Assembly: GCA_951406725.2 (NCBI GenBank) | Contig: OX597827.1 | Coordinates: forward strand, 10,602,001-10,666,000 | Direction: 5' to 3' | Length of the DNA stretch: 64,000 nt | Source of the DNA: Octopus vulgaris | Lineage: Eukaryota | In this document: in pieces, positions 38,294 to 51,449 of the stretch | How the letters are laid out: every line of letters begins with the position of its first letter | Numbering within the stretch: position 1 is the stretch's first letter | The notes under the pieces: model-generated | The model's database searches: none | What the model was told of the DNA's origin: nothing | The model's input: the letters and a program-made list of their open reading frames with translations, nothing else | Position numbers and translations under genes: made by a program

Positions 38294-39270
38294 TTTCTTT
38301 TTTTTTTAAATATTTTCTTCAGGCCATAATCAGCATTCCCACCAGCCATCAGGAAAAATTGCTTGGGGACAGGATTAGGGGCTGTGTGGTAAGCAGCTTG
38401 GTTCCGGGTTCAGTCCCACTACGTGGTATCTTCGGCAAGTGTCTTCTGCTATAGCCCCGGGCTGACCAAAATAGAAATATAACAAAATAAATGAAAATTA
38501 CAAATAATGAAGGAAAGGTGAGAAAATAGAGATACGTTCGTTGAATTAATTAGACAACATAAGAGAAGGATAAGGAGATAATAATGTAAAATAGAAATAA
38601 GTAGGGCTGTTTTTATTCAGTAACGTTTTAAGACGGTTGTTAAGAAGCACGGTGTAAGGGAGGTAAATCATGACACTACTAACGTATCCTTATGGAGTTT
38701 ACTGAATAAGCCTCACGTCCGATGGAGATATATATAGGCACATGAATCCTTAGATGTAGGTGCGTACGTGCGTGTGTGTGTGTGTGAGTGTGCGTGCGTG
38801 TTTGTGTGCGTGCGTGTGTGTGTGTTTGTGTGTGTGTGTGTGCGTGCGTGTGTATGTGTGTGTATTTTTTATGTGTGTGCGTGCGTGTGTGTGTGTGTGT
38901 AAAAGGTGAGTGTATGTGAATGTTTGTGTGTGCATGTGTGTGAGTGAGTGTGTATGCATGTGTGTGTGTGTGTGTGTGTGTGTGCAATGGAAGTGGGATG
39001 GTGAACATTTAATGCTGAAAAGAAAAATCAAACAGCGTTTCAACTCTGTAAGTATGTGTGTGCATGTACAAGGGAAGTATGTGAATGTTTGTATGTGTGA
39101 ACCAGCATTCTTTCAGTAACAAACGATGATCGATGTCACATCTCAAAAGACAACCCACTAGATATCATTGACAAGCAAATTAATTTGATTTACCATCCAC
39201 ATTTATATATAAAATACTACAATTAGCTGCTGTTTTCGATGGCATGGGGCCAGCTAGTAATAATAATAAT

Positions 39271-39450
39271 GCTAAGTTTCTCACAACACACTGTAAACAT
39301 TACCTGGCGATAGACGTAGACAGACTTTACATCCCAAGAAAAGATAGAGAGTGTGGACTGATGCCAGTGAAATTGTCTCCAAATATGGTAACCACAAGGG
39401 AAGGCGCTGATCTAAAGAATGGATATGACTGGAAGCTTGAACTTGCCAAG
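39271..39450 (+). pseudogene. R4/Dong-clade reverse transcriptase/thumb-region fragment
   Basis: KFLTTHCKHYLAIDVDRLYIPRKDRECGL matches the H..ADVDRLY.PRK.GGRGL motif. Preceded by TAATAATAATAAT. Confidence 0.72.
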
Positions 39451-39914
39451 AAGTACTTGACTAGTACTTTATTTTATCGATCCCACCCCATGACAATAAA
39501 AGGCAAAGTTGACCTTGTGGGGATTTGATCTCACAATGTAAAGAATCAGAATCAATGCTGCAAAGTAATTTTTTTACCAATGTTTAATAAGGGCAGCTTA
39601 TATATTTTATCGACCCTGAAAATCTACCTCAGCGGAATTTGAATTCGGAATGTAGTGACGGACAAAATATTGATAAGTGCAGCGCTTTAACGATTCTTTT
39701 CTACTCTCGACACAAGGCCCGATACTTTGGGGGGAAGGGCCAATAAATTAGATCAACCCAGTACGCAACTGGTACTTAATATATTGACCCCGAAAGGCAA
39801 AGTCAACCTCGGCGAAATTTGAACTCAGAGCCTAGTGATGGGCGAAATACCGATAAGTACAGCTTTCTAACGATTCTGCCAGCTCGCAGCCTTACCAATG
39901 TTTAATAATAATAA

Positions 39915-40312
39915 TCTTTATATATAAAAGTTAAGTTGTGTGTCTGTCTCCTACGATTTAGATTCCTAACTACTCCCACATTTTGCGGTTCAGTTTAACC
40001 AAAAGCGGGTATCTTATAGTCGTGATTCATATCGAGGCCTTCTGGGTATTAGCGCGCGTCTACGATGAGTCTACGATTAAAAAACAAATTTACCATCATT
40101 TTTTTCCATTTTAATGCATTTTTTCGCTATTATATAAGGGAAGTAACTCTCTAAAAATGTCTACGATGAGTCAACGATTTTAAAAAAAATTTACCATAAT
40201 TTTTTTTCCATTTTTAATGCATTTTTTTGCTATTTTTTGTCTATAACTCTCTAAAAATGCTTATATAGTTATTTCCCTTACAAACCCGAGCAACGCCGGG
40301 CGATACTGCTAG
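39915..40312 (+). mobile_element. Non-autonomous Helitron
   Basis: A|TCTTTATATATAAAAG...CCCGAGCAACGCCGGGCGATACTGCTAG|T. Contains an internal duplication relative to the 11669 copy. Confidence 0.92.
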
Positions 40313-40976
40313 TGTAAAATAAAAATAAGTAGTACTGTTTTTATTCAGTAACATTTTAAAACGGTTGTTAAGAAGCACGGTGTAAGGGAGGTAAATCATG
40401 ACCCTACTAACATATCACGTCCGATGTAGAGATATATAGGCACATGAATCCCTAGATGTAGGTGCGTGTGTGTGCGTGCGCGTGTGTGTGCGTGTGTGTG
40501 TGCGTGTGTGTGTGTGTGTGTGTATGCATGTATGTATTTATGTATGTGTTTGTGAGTGTATGTATGTATAGATGGATGTGTGTATGTGTGTGTATGTACG
40601 TATGTATGTATGCTTGTGTGCGTGTGTGCGTGTGTGTGTGTGTGCATGTGAGCGTGTGTGTGTGTGTGTGTGCGTGTGTGTGCGTGTGTGTGTGCGTGTG
40701 TGTGTGCGTGTGTGTATGTGTGTATGTGTGTGTGTGTGTGCATGTGTGTGTCTCTGTCTTGTCGTTGTGTGTTAGTGTCATTCATTGCCCGTGGACACTG
40801 GCCACGGGGAAATATTTCCTTGCTGAGAAACAAGGGAAGGGTTAACGACAGGAAAGGCATCCCGACCATAGAAAATCTGCCTCAAGAAACTCCATCCAGT
40901 TCATGCAAGCGTCTAAAATAAACAAATGTTTTTAAAAAAATGATGCAAAAAAACAGACACCCAAGTAAGAAATTAC

Positions 40977-41396
40977 GGATCTTTTCGGTTTGAACGGCAG
41001 TTTTTTCTAGCGTTGTCATATGAAATTGTCACCCATAAATATAACCCTAGTATCGATCTATTGCATTTCAATCTGTTTTAGGTTTAGGGGTGGGGAGAAG
41101 GGTATCTTTTTTTTCTTCAGAAATGTAAATAAACCCAATCCGTTTCTTAAACGAGGGACATATTCATGCGGCACAGAATGTTTTTCTTTTACCTCAATAG
41201 ACGGCATTGATTGGTTGAAATTTCAGAAATTGAAGAAAAAAACAACAACAAATATCTTACAAACTATAGAATTTTCTCAATAAAGCCAAGAGAAAAAAGA
41301 TGTTTTATAAACACATTCCACCAGTATACGAAGTTTAAAAGTGTTTAGTTAGGTGGAAATTATTTTAAAAAACTGCCGGTCAAACAGAAAAGATCG
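40977..41396. mobile_element. Second copy of the GGATC-ended MITE, without the expanded TTAGGG array
   Basis: Same TIRs and body as 33390-33847. Degenerate TSD GAAATTAC/AAAATCAC. Confidence 0.88.
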
Positions 41397-41554
41397 AAAA
41401 TCACTGCCGTTCTTACTTTTATTAATGCCTTTGTTTTAATCTCTTTCATATCCTCTCACCTGAGACTGTCCCCGTTTCTATGATGCAAACTTCATGTTTT
41501 AAAGTGATTTAATTTAAAGGGAAGGTCACTCTCTTTTAGTGCCTTATTAACAAT

Positions 41555-41770
41555 GGAGGCGCAATGGCCCAGTTGTTAGGGCAGCGGACTCGCGGTAGGA
41601 AGATCGCGGTTTCGATTCCCAGGCCGGGTGTTGTGTGTGTGTTTATTGAGCGAAAAGACCTACAGGCCCCGGCAGGGGGTGGTGGTGACCCCTGTTGTAC
41701 TCTTTTGCCCCAACTTTCTCTCACTCTTTCTTCCCGTTTCTTGGGTAACGCTGCGATGGACGGGCGTCCG
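41555..41770 (+). mobile_element. SINE with a family A 5' half and a family E-type central domain
   Basis: Family A head, then GGGTAACGCTGCGATGGACGGGCGTCC. Confidence 0.7.
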
Positions 41771-42111
41771 CAAATATCGAGTTTCTTCTTTTCTTTCCTT
41801 TTTATTTTCATGTCCTTTTGCGAGTAGAGACAGAGTTATGTCCCTTGTTTAGATTTTGTTCACGCTAGTTACCCACCCCACGAACTTGTTCACTTTCTGT
41901 GGTCAAGATCTGAATAAAGGCATTCCAGCAATAATGTAGCTAAGACTGTTATATACACTTGGACATGAGAAAGTTACATTATCCAATACGTCCTTCCTTT
42001 TGAAGAAAATTTGGATGCTATTTCAAGCAAGCTCAGCAACTATAAAGTGAGTCCCTACATGGTTTAGAGAGATACAATTGACAATCCAACAATATATTTA
42101 TATTATTATAT

Positions 42112-42413
42112 AGGCGCAGGAGTGGCTGTGTAGTAAGTAGCTTGCTAACCAACCACATGGTTGCGGGTTCAGTTCCACTGCGTGGCATCTTGGGCAAGTG
42201 TCTTCTGCTATAGCCCCGGGCCGACCAATGCCTTGTGAGTGGATTTGGCAGACGGGCTTCTTTCAGTTTCCGTCTACCAAATCCACCGCACAAACTTTTG
42301 GTTGGCCTGAGGCTATAATAGAAGACACTTGCCCAAGGTGCCACGCAGTGGAACTGAACCCAGAGTCACGTGCTTAGGAAACAAGCTTCTTACCACACAG
42401 CCACTCCTGCACC
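42112..42413. mobile_element. Inverted pair of family C 5' halves
   Basis: 42112-42256 (+) is fused to 42257-42413 (-). Confidence 0.88.
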
Positions 42414-42417
42414 TATA

Positions 42418-42456
<39 letters not shown>

Positions 42457-42558
42457 CATTATTCAGTTTATTTCAAGAGTTCTTGCCAATATCTATGTAT
42501 ATATGTATACATATACATATATCTATACATATGTGTGTGTATGTTAGATCGTTAACTC

Positions 42559-42700
42559 CTACATGCATTTTTCTCTCCTTGTTTCTTCTGTGTATCTTCT
42601 GTATATCGAAACGTAAAAGACTTGTTCTATATTCCTATATATATTTGTTTGTTTGTACTACCTGCCTTCGTCTTTTGTTTATTTTTGTTATATATATATA

Positions 42701-42790
<90 letters not shown>

Positions 42791-42965
42791 TATATATATA
42801 GGGAGAGTTTACGAAAAAAAACAAAAGACGAAGACAGGTGGTATACAAAACAAACAGATGTATTAGTATAACGCTCAGGAATAGAAAAGTCTTTACATTT
42901 CGAGCCTACGCTCTTCTACAGAAAGGGACACACAAAAAAACAAGGAGAGAAAAAAATGTGTGTAG
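42559..42965. mobile_element. Inverted dimer of the 32172 hammerhead repeat around a (TA)n spacer
   Basis: 42559-42689 mirrors 42807-42965. Both hammerhead cores are damaged (CUGUAGA in one, a deletion in the other). Confidence 0.82.
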
Positions 42966-43076
42966 TGTATATATATATATATATATTTATATATACATAC
43001 ACACACATACATAAAGACATGCAAGAACCTCTTCTTCTCTGACTCATGGGTACTTGGACTATATGTTTATATATAA

Positions 43077-43111
<35 letters not shown>

Positions 43112-43281
43112 GGCACGTACATAAGTACGCCCGAACACCAGAATATAAAACATATTGCAAAGCCGTTATTCGATGTAAGGGAGGCAACTCTGCATTACAT
43201 ATGTGAACATTTACTACAGCCATTGAGAAAAAAAAACTGTCTCATGTTAACGATAGCAACACACACACACACACACACAGA

Positions 43282-43335
<54 letters not shown>

Positions 43336-43424
43336 CACATACACACATACACACAGACACACAGTCACACACACGCAGACACACATAGACACACATATAT
43401 AATGATAGCAACACACACACACAG

Positions 43425-43456
<32 letters not shown>

Positions 43457-44110
43457 ACGCTCACACACACACGCATACACACACACACACACGCACACAC
43501 ACACACATACACACAGACACACAGTCACACACACGCAGACACACATAGACACACATATATAATGATAGCAAAACACACACACACAGACACACACACACAC
43601 ACACACTCACACACGCTCACACACACACGCATACACACACACACACACTCACACGCACACACGCGCGCAGACACACTCACACACGCAGACACACACACGT
43701 GCGAGTGTGTTTATACACTTAATATACTTATTAAAACCAATTGAAATCTAAAAGAAAATCTAAAATTACTATTCGTTCCATATAACTGACAGATATTTAT
43801 ATTCAATTACGTTGTTTAATGATTTTGATAGTTAAATATTATCTATTCTGAAATAAGATAATGGCTTGGTACAATGATTGGAGGTAGCCTACTAGGTAGC
43901 TGCTGTCCATTAAGTTCAAATCCTGCTGTGGTAGACTTTGGCTTATATTGTCCTGAGGTCAATTACTGGCTGCAATTATGTCAGCTGTCCTCCCTCCCAC
44001 CAATATTCCTAGCCATGCATCTATGTAAGCAGAAGAATGGGTGGGGTGGGGGCAACTAGCAGAATTGGTTGCGACATAGTATGTATTAGGTTGGACATAA
44101 TATATATATA

Positions 44111-45218
44111 TATTTCTTTACTACCCACAAGGGGCTAAACACGGAGGAGACAAACAATGACAGACAAAGGGATTAAGTCGATTACATCGACCCCAGTGCG
44201 TAACTGGTACTTAATTTATCGACCCCGGAAGGATGAAAAGCAAAGTCGACCTCGGCGGAATTTGAACTCGGAACATAACGGTAGACGAAATACGGCAACG
44301 CATTTCGCCCGGCATGCTAACGTTTCTGCCAGCTCGCCGCCATAATATACATATGATATATATAGCATAGGCGTAGGAGTGGCTGTGTGCTAAGCAGCTT
44401 GCTTACCAACCACATGGTTCCGGGTTCGGTCCCACTGTGTGGCGCCTTCGGCAAGTGTCTTCTACTATAGCCTTGGGCCGACAAAAACCTTGTGAGTGGA
44501 TTTGGTTGATGGAAACTGAAAGAAGTCCATCATATATATATGGATATATATATATATATTTGTGTGTCTGTATGTATGTTTGACTGTCTGTGTTTGTCAC
44601 TCCAACATTGCTTGACAACCGATGCTGGTGTGCTTACGTCCCCGTAACTTAGTGGTTCGGCAAAAGAGACCGATCGACTATGTGTTAGGCTTACAAAGAA
44701 TAAGTCCTGGGGTTGATTTGCTCGACTAAAGGCGGTGCTCCAGCATGGCCACAGTCAAATGACTGAAACAAGTAAAAGTGTATAACAGAAGTTGCTGTGT
44801 GGTAAGTAGCTTGCTTACCAACCACGTGGTTCCATGTTCATTCCCACTGTGTGGCACCTTGGGCAAGTGTTTTCTACTATAGCCTTGGACTGACCAAAGC
44901 TTTGTGAGTGGATTTGGTAGACAGAAACTGAAAGAAGCCCGTTGTATATATGTATATGCATATAAATGTGTGTGTTTGTGTGTCTGTGTTTGTCCCCCCC
45001 ACACACACACACACACCCACCCTAACATCACTTGACAACCGATGCTGGTGTGTTTACGTCTCCGTAACTTAGCAGTTTGGCAAAAGAGACCGATAGAATA
45101 AGTAGTAGGCTTACAAAGAATAAGTCCTGGGGTCGATTTCCTCGACAAAATGTGGTGCTCCTGCATGGCCACAGTCACATGACTGAAACAGTAAAAGAGT
45201 AAAAGAGAGAGTAAAGAG
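44111..45218. mobile_element. SINE cluster: family B (-, 44111-44341) and two tandem family C (+, 44370-44778 and 44794-45218)
   Basis: Family matches. Confidence 0.9.
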
Positions 45219-45437
45219 TATATTATATATGATACAAAATAAGAAAATGGAGGAATACACCTTAATCAATAATCAACTACCAGATAATACCCATTCACAT
45301 AATTTATTAACCAACTACATATGAACATCAAGGTCAAACACAATAATACAGAACAAAACAGTGCACATCAATGAGTAATATGATACAATAAGTACAATAC
45401 GTATAAATAAATATAAATAAATACAAATATAAACTAT

Positions 45438-45564
45438 ATCTTACAGCTGTTTCAGCCATGTAGATATGAGAATCTCATTATGCTCATATTAGCCATGTGT
45501 GATAGGTTAATATGTGGTTATAAATGAGATACTTACATATATATCCCAAGGCCTCTTCAGAGAT
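45438..45564 (-). ncRNA. Hammerhead with extended stem II, paralog of 23462 (host repeat 45235-45612)
   Basis: aucu-CUGAAGA-ggcc...ggcu-GAAAC-AGCU-GUA-agau. Core identical to the first copy. Confidence 0.8.
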
Positions 45565-46040
45565 TATAAAGTACAATTCAAATATGAATATAAGAGAAGG
45601 TACACCTATACAAGAATGAGTACGATATATATCATGTTCAACACAAGATACATATGATATATACAGTATATTATATATGATATATATAATGCTCAACATA
45701 AGATATATATATGATATACATTGTATATTATATATGATATATATTATATTGGAGATAATATGAATTTAGTAAGCAGCAAGCCGGCGGAACCATTAGCACA
45801 CTAGGCTATATGCTTAGCAGCATTTTGTCCAACCTTACGTACTGAGTTCAAATTCCACTGAGGTTGACTTTGCTTTCTGGGAATAATAAAATAAGTACCA
45901 GTTGCGCACTGGTGTCGATGTGATCTACTTGCTCCCTCCCCTGTCATTTCTGGCCTTGTGTCAAAATTTAAAAACCAAAATACCTTCAGTATTATGCTAT
46001 ATATATGTATGTGGGTATATATATGTACATATATACACGC

Positions 46041-46085
<45 letters not shown>

Positions 46086-46492
46086 GGCGCAGGAGAGGCT
46101 GTGTGGTAAGTAGCTTGCTAACCAACCACATGGTTCCGGGTTCAGTTCCACTATGTGGCACCTTAGGCAAGTGTCTTCTACTATAGCCTTGGGCCGACCA
46201 AAGCCTTGTGAGTGAATTTGGTAAACGGAAACTGAAAGAAGCCCATCGTATATATGTATATATATATGTGTGTGCGTGTGTGTTTGTGTGTCTGTGTTTG
46301 TCCCCCTAGCATTGCTTGACAACTGATGCTGGTGTGTTTATGTCCCCGTCACTTAGTGGTTCAGCAAAAGAGACCGATAGAATAAGTACTGGGCTTACAA
46401 AGAATAAGTCCCCAGGTCGCGTTGCTCGACTAAAGGTGGTGCTCCAGCATGGCCGCAGTCAAATGACTGAAACAAGTAAAAGAGTAAAAGAG
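46086..46492 (+). mobile_element. SINE family C, full length
   Basis: Family match. Confidence 0.9.
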
Positions 46493-46543
46493 TATATATA
46501 TATACTCATATATATACACATATACATATATACATACACACAT

Positions 46544-46580
<37 letters not shown>

Positions 46581-46845
46581 GTATTTAACTGTATTGATCT
46601 GTTTTAGAGGCTGTCCTTGGTTTTGTCATAATTCATAATTATTCATTTTTTAAAGGGTCATCATTTGAACTTTCTACTATAATATTCAATTAAGTTAGAA
46701 CCTTTTGTTAAATTATGTTCCTAGCACCAGATTAAAAATGGTAAAGTTAGTTATTTGACTATATTCCGATGATTCATGTTGTGTCTGAGCACAGTGTGTA
46801 AGAAATCTATTTTTATTATTATTTTTATTATTCTAATTATTGGAA

Positions 46846-47212
46846 TGGAAGCACTCCGTCGGTTACGACGACGAGGGTTCCGGTTGATCCGATCAACGGA
46901 ACAGCCTGCTTGTGAAATTAACGTGTAAGTGGCTGAGCACTCCACAGACACGTGTACCCTTAACGTAGTTCTCGGGGATATTCAGCGTGACACAGAGAGT
47001 GACAAGGCCGGCCCTTTGAAATACAGGTACAACAGAAACAGGAAGTAAGAGTGAGAGAAAGTTGTGGTGTAAGAGTACAGCAGGTATCACCACCATCCCC
47101 TGCCAGAGCCTCGTGGAGCTTTAGGTGTTTTCACTCAATAAACACTCACAATGCCCGGTCTGGGAATCGAAACCGCGATCCTACGACCTAACCACTTGAC
47201 CATTGCGCCTCC
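46846..47212 (-). mobile_element. SINE family A
   Basis: Family match with a small deletion in the head. TSD ATTCTAATTATT. Confidence 0.9.
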
Positions 47213-47243
47213 TCATTCTAATTATTATCATCATTATTACTAT

Positions 47244-47853
47244 TAAGGTGGCGAGCTGGCACAACCAAGTAATATGCTTAGCGGCATTTTGTCTGTCTTT
47301 ATGTTCTGAGTTCAAATTGTCCCAAGGTCAACTTTGCTTTATATCCTTTTGGGGTCGATAAGTTAAGTACCAGTTGCGTACTGGGGTCAATGTGATCGAC
47401 TATCTCCTCCCCCACAAATTTCAGACCTTGTGCCTACAATAGAAAGGATTATTATAATTATCATTATTGAGTGAGAGAGCAGTGCATACCATCAAAGTGA
47501 CACCAAGGTATAGATATAAGAAGCTCATCATATAAGGGTGCTACCCATCTGATAAGGGTACATCAGGCACATGCATCATGACCATATGTGCCGAACATGG
47601 TGATCTCATATCAAGATAAACAGTGCATGACTTTGCAGGTGGGGCCTAGTTAGAATTTTCTTCAGATCCTCGTCTGGCACCTGTGTCGGTGGCACATAAA
47701 ATCACCCACTACACTCTCGGAGTGGTTGGCGTTAGGAAGGGCATCCAGCTGTAGAAACACTGCCAGATCTGACTGGCCTGGTGCAGCCTTCGGGCTCCCC
47801 AGACCCCAGTTGAACCGTCCAACCCATGCTAGCATGGAAAGCGGACGTTAAAC

Positions 47854-47886
<33 letters not shown>

Positions 47887-48955
47887 GTAACCCAACCTAC
47901 TCGAGAGGTCCCTGAATAAGGGTTGTTTAAAGATGTTGAATGAAAGACCCATGTTTCCAGAGGTGAGTTATTCAAACCCTCAGAGGAGTATTCCTCTCAG
48001 CACATGATTATGATGCTCCCCAACTACTTTTGCTCATGATCAGAGATACACATATTATCAGCCACTAAGGGACAGGCTGTATTGGTGGGGTTAAGGTCAA
48101 ACAACTGATATGCAAATTTGTGGTACTGAGCAAACTATTATTACTATCATCCTCCTCCTCCTCTTCCTCCTTCTCATCATCATCATCATCATTATTATTA
48201 TTAAAGTGGTGAGCTGGCAGAATCATTAGCAGGCCAGGCAAAATGTTTCATGGCATTTCATTTGCCTTTACATTCTGAGTTCAAATTCCGCTCAGGTCAA
48301 CTTTGCCTTTTATCCCTTTTGAGGCTGATAAATTAAGTACCAGAGGAACATGGGATTGATGTAATCAACATATCCCCTCCTCGAAAATGGGGGCCTTGTG
48401 GCAAAATTTGAAACCATTATTATTATTATTATCATCATTATTATTATTATTATTATCGTTATTATTATTCGGCGAGCTGGTAGAATCGTTAGCACACCAG
48501 GTGAAATGCTTAGCGGTATTGTGTCTGCCGTTATGTTCTGAGTTCAAATTCCACTGAGGTCAACTTTGCCTTTCATCCTTTCATCCTTTCATGGTCGATT
48601 AAATAAGTACCTATTTCTTTATTACCCACAAGGGGCTAAACACAGAGGGGACAAACAAGGACAGACATAGGTATTAAGTCGATTACATCGACCCCAGTGC
48701 GTAACTGGTACTTAATTTATCGATCCCGAAAGGATGAAAGGCAAAGTCGACCTCGGCGGAATCTGAACTCACAACGTAACGCAGACGAAATACCGCAAAG
48801 CATTTCGCCCAGCGTGCTAACGTTTCTGCCAGCTCGCCACCTTAACTTAAATAAGTACCAGATACACTCTGGGGTCGATGTAATCAACTTAATCTCTTTG
48901 TCTGTCCTTGTTTGTCCCCTCTATGTTTAGACTCCTGTGGGCAATAAAGAAATGA

Positions 48956-49027
<72 letters not shown>

Positions 49028-49640
49028 GTTATCAAGCTGGCAGAATCAGTACCACACTGGGCAAAATGCTTAGTGCCATTTCATCCGTCTTTACGGTCTG
49101 AGTTCAAATTTCGCCAAGGTCAACTTTACCTTTCATCCTTTCAGGGTTGATGAAATAAGTACCAGTTACACACTGGGGGTCAATGTAATTGACTTGTCCC
49201 CCTCCTAACAAAAATTTCAGACCTTGTGAAAGGATTATTATTCTTACCTACTCTAGACACACAGTCCCGAAATTTTGGGGGAGGGGGCCAGTCAATTAGA
49301 TCAACCCCAGTCTGCATCTGGTATTTAATCTATCGACCCTGAAAGGATGAAAAGCCAAGTCGACCTCGGCGGAATTTGAAGTAAGAATGTAAAGACAAAC
49401 AAAATACTGCCAAGCATTTCACCCAGTGAAAAAGTACTGGGCTTACAAAAGAATAAGTCCCGGGGTCGAGTTGCTCGATTAAAGGCGGTGCTCCAGGATG
49501 GCCGCAGTCAAATGACTGAAATAAGTAAAGACAGACAAAATACTGCCAAGCATTTCACCCAGCGTGCTAACATCTCGTTAATGTAATTGACTTATCCCCA
49601 CCCCCACATAATTTCAGGCCTTGTGCTCTTAGTAGAAATG
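47244..49640. mobile_element. Dense nest of family B copies (both strands) plus a family D copy (47670-47884), separated by (ATT)n
   Basis: Family B heads near 47245, 48203, 48470 and 49030. A minus-strand copy at 48612-48843 interrupts the 48470 copy, with repeated TTAAATAAGTACC flanks. Confidence 0.85.
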
Positions 49641-49849
49641 ATTATTATTATTATTACTACCATTATTATTATTGTTGTTGTTGTTGTTGTTGTTGCTGCT
49701 GCTGCTGCTTTGAATTGTTGGTTATTTTCAAAATTAATTGAAACACACCAAACAAGGGATATGGTTACAAAAGGGTTAAATTTATGTCAGTAGTCTGACA
49801 GCAGCCTATTGATTCAACCATTTCCCTGCTGTTGCTAAGGATTTAGCGC

Positions 49850-49906
<57 letters not shown>

Positions 49907-50035
49907 TCATCATCATCATCATCATCGTTTAACGTCCGTTTTCCGCGCTAGCACGGGTTGGACGGTTTCGACCGGGGTCTGAGGAGCTCGGGACTGCCCC
50001 AGGCTCCAGTCTAGTCTGGCAGTGTTTCTACAGCT

Positions 50036-50154
<119 letters not shown>

Positions 50155-50987
50155 CATACATATACACATACATACATACTGCTGTGTGTGTTGAATCTAT
50201 CTGTCTGCCACTCTCTCTCTCTCTCTCTTATCCTCTCTCACTCTCTCTCGCTCACTCCCTTTCTCTCAGCTTGTGTAACAGATACACCAACGTTAGAGTT
50301 GCTATGTGTGATTATGCTATAGGCAAGAGAGAGTAGCTAATTCACCCTCAGATTATACTCTGATGTCTTGAAAAGAAGAAAAGACACATGCAGTAATGTT
50401 GTCCTAGATACACAATGCCTAAGAAAAAAACAGGATTGTATTGGCTGATATGCTGTTGGTTGTAGAATTGTTTGATCAGGATTGATTCACTGAGGGGGGG
50501 GGGTCATCCCCTTTGTGGTCGCACAACTTACTAGAAACAGCAGCCAAATCTCCTTCAGCTCGCATCCTAGTTTTTAAGTAAAAGGTTTTATTGAGAATAA
50601 TATACAAAAAAAAATTGATTACCATGACTGACTTTTTCCTTTGATTATAGATCTGTTCAGTCAGGGTTGCCCTACATTCAATAACAACAACAGCAGCAGA
50701 TGCAGCAGAGATGAATAAAGGAGGAATTCCAATAAATATGTGTGTGTGCATGTGAGTATGTAAGTATATGTGTTTGTAAGTGTATGTATGCATATATGTG
50801 TGTGTTTGTGTGTGTGTGTTGTATCATGGCCATAGCAGTCTCCCTAAAATTTTCCACGGGTAGTGCCCCAGCATGACGGCTGAAATGTAAAGATATAAAG
50901 GAGTAATTATTTTTATTTTATTTTTTATTTTATCTAGTTTCAGCTCATGAGCTGTGGCCATGCTGGGGCACCGCCATTAAATTAACG

Positions 50988-51036
50988 TTCCCATGCCGGG
51001 AATCAAACCCGGGCCGCCTGGGTGAAAGCCAGGAAT
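50988..51036 (-). pseudogene. 5'-truncated tRNA-Glu(TTC) retrocopy
   Basis: ATTCCTGGCT-TTC-ACCCAGGCGGCCCGGGTTTGATTCCCGGCATGGGAA matches the anticodon arm, T arm and acceptor 3' strand of metazoan tRNA-Glu. The D arm is missing. Confidence 0.85.
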
Positions 51037-51073
51037 ATGCGTGTATCTATATAAATATAAATATATATATATA

Positions 51074-51377
51074 TCATCATCATCATCATCATCGTTTAAC
51101 ATCTGCTTTCCATGCTGGCATGGGTTGGACGGTTTGACTGAGGACTGGCAAGCCATATGGCTGCACCAGGCCCCAATCTGATCTGGCAATGTTTCTACAG
51201 CTGGATGCTCTTCCTAACGCCAACCACTCTGAGAGTCTAGTGGGTGCTTTTACATGCCATTGGCATGATGGCCAGTCCAGCGGCATTGGCAACGACCTTG
51301 CTCGAATGTTGTTTTACACGCGCCACCGGCACAAGTGCCAGTAAGGCGACGCTGGTAATGATCATGCTCAAATGGTG

Positions 51378-51449
<72 letters not shown>

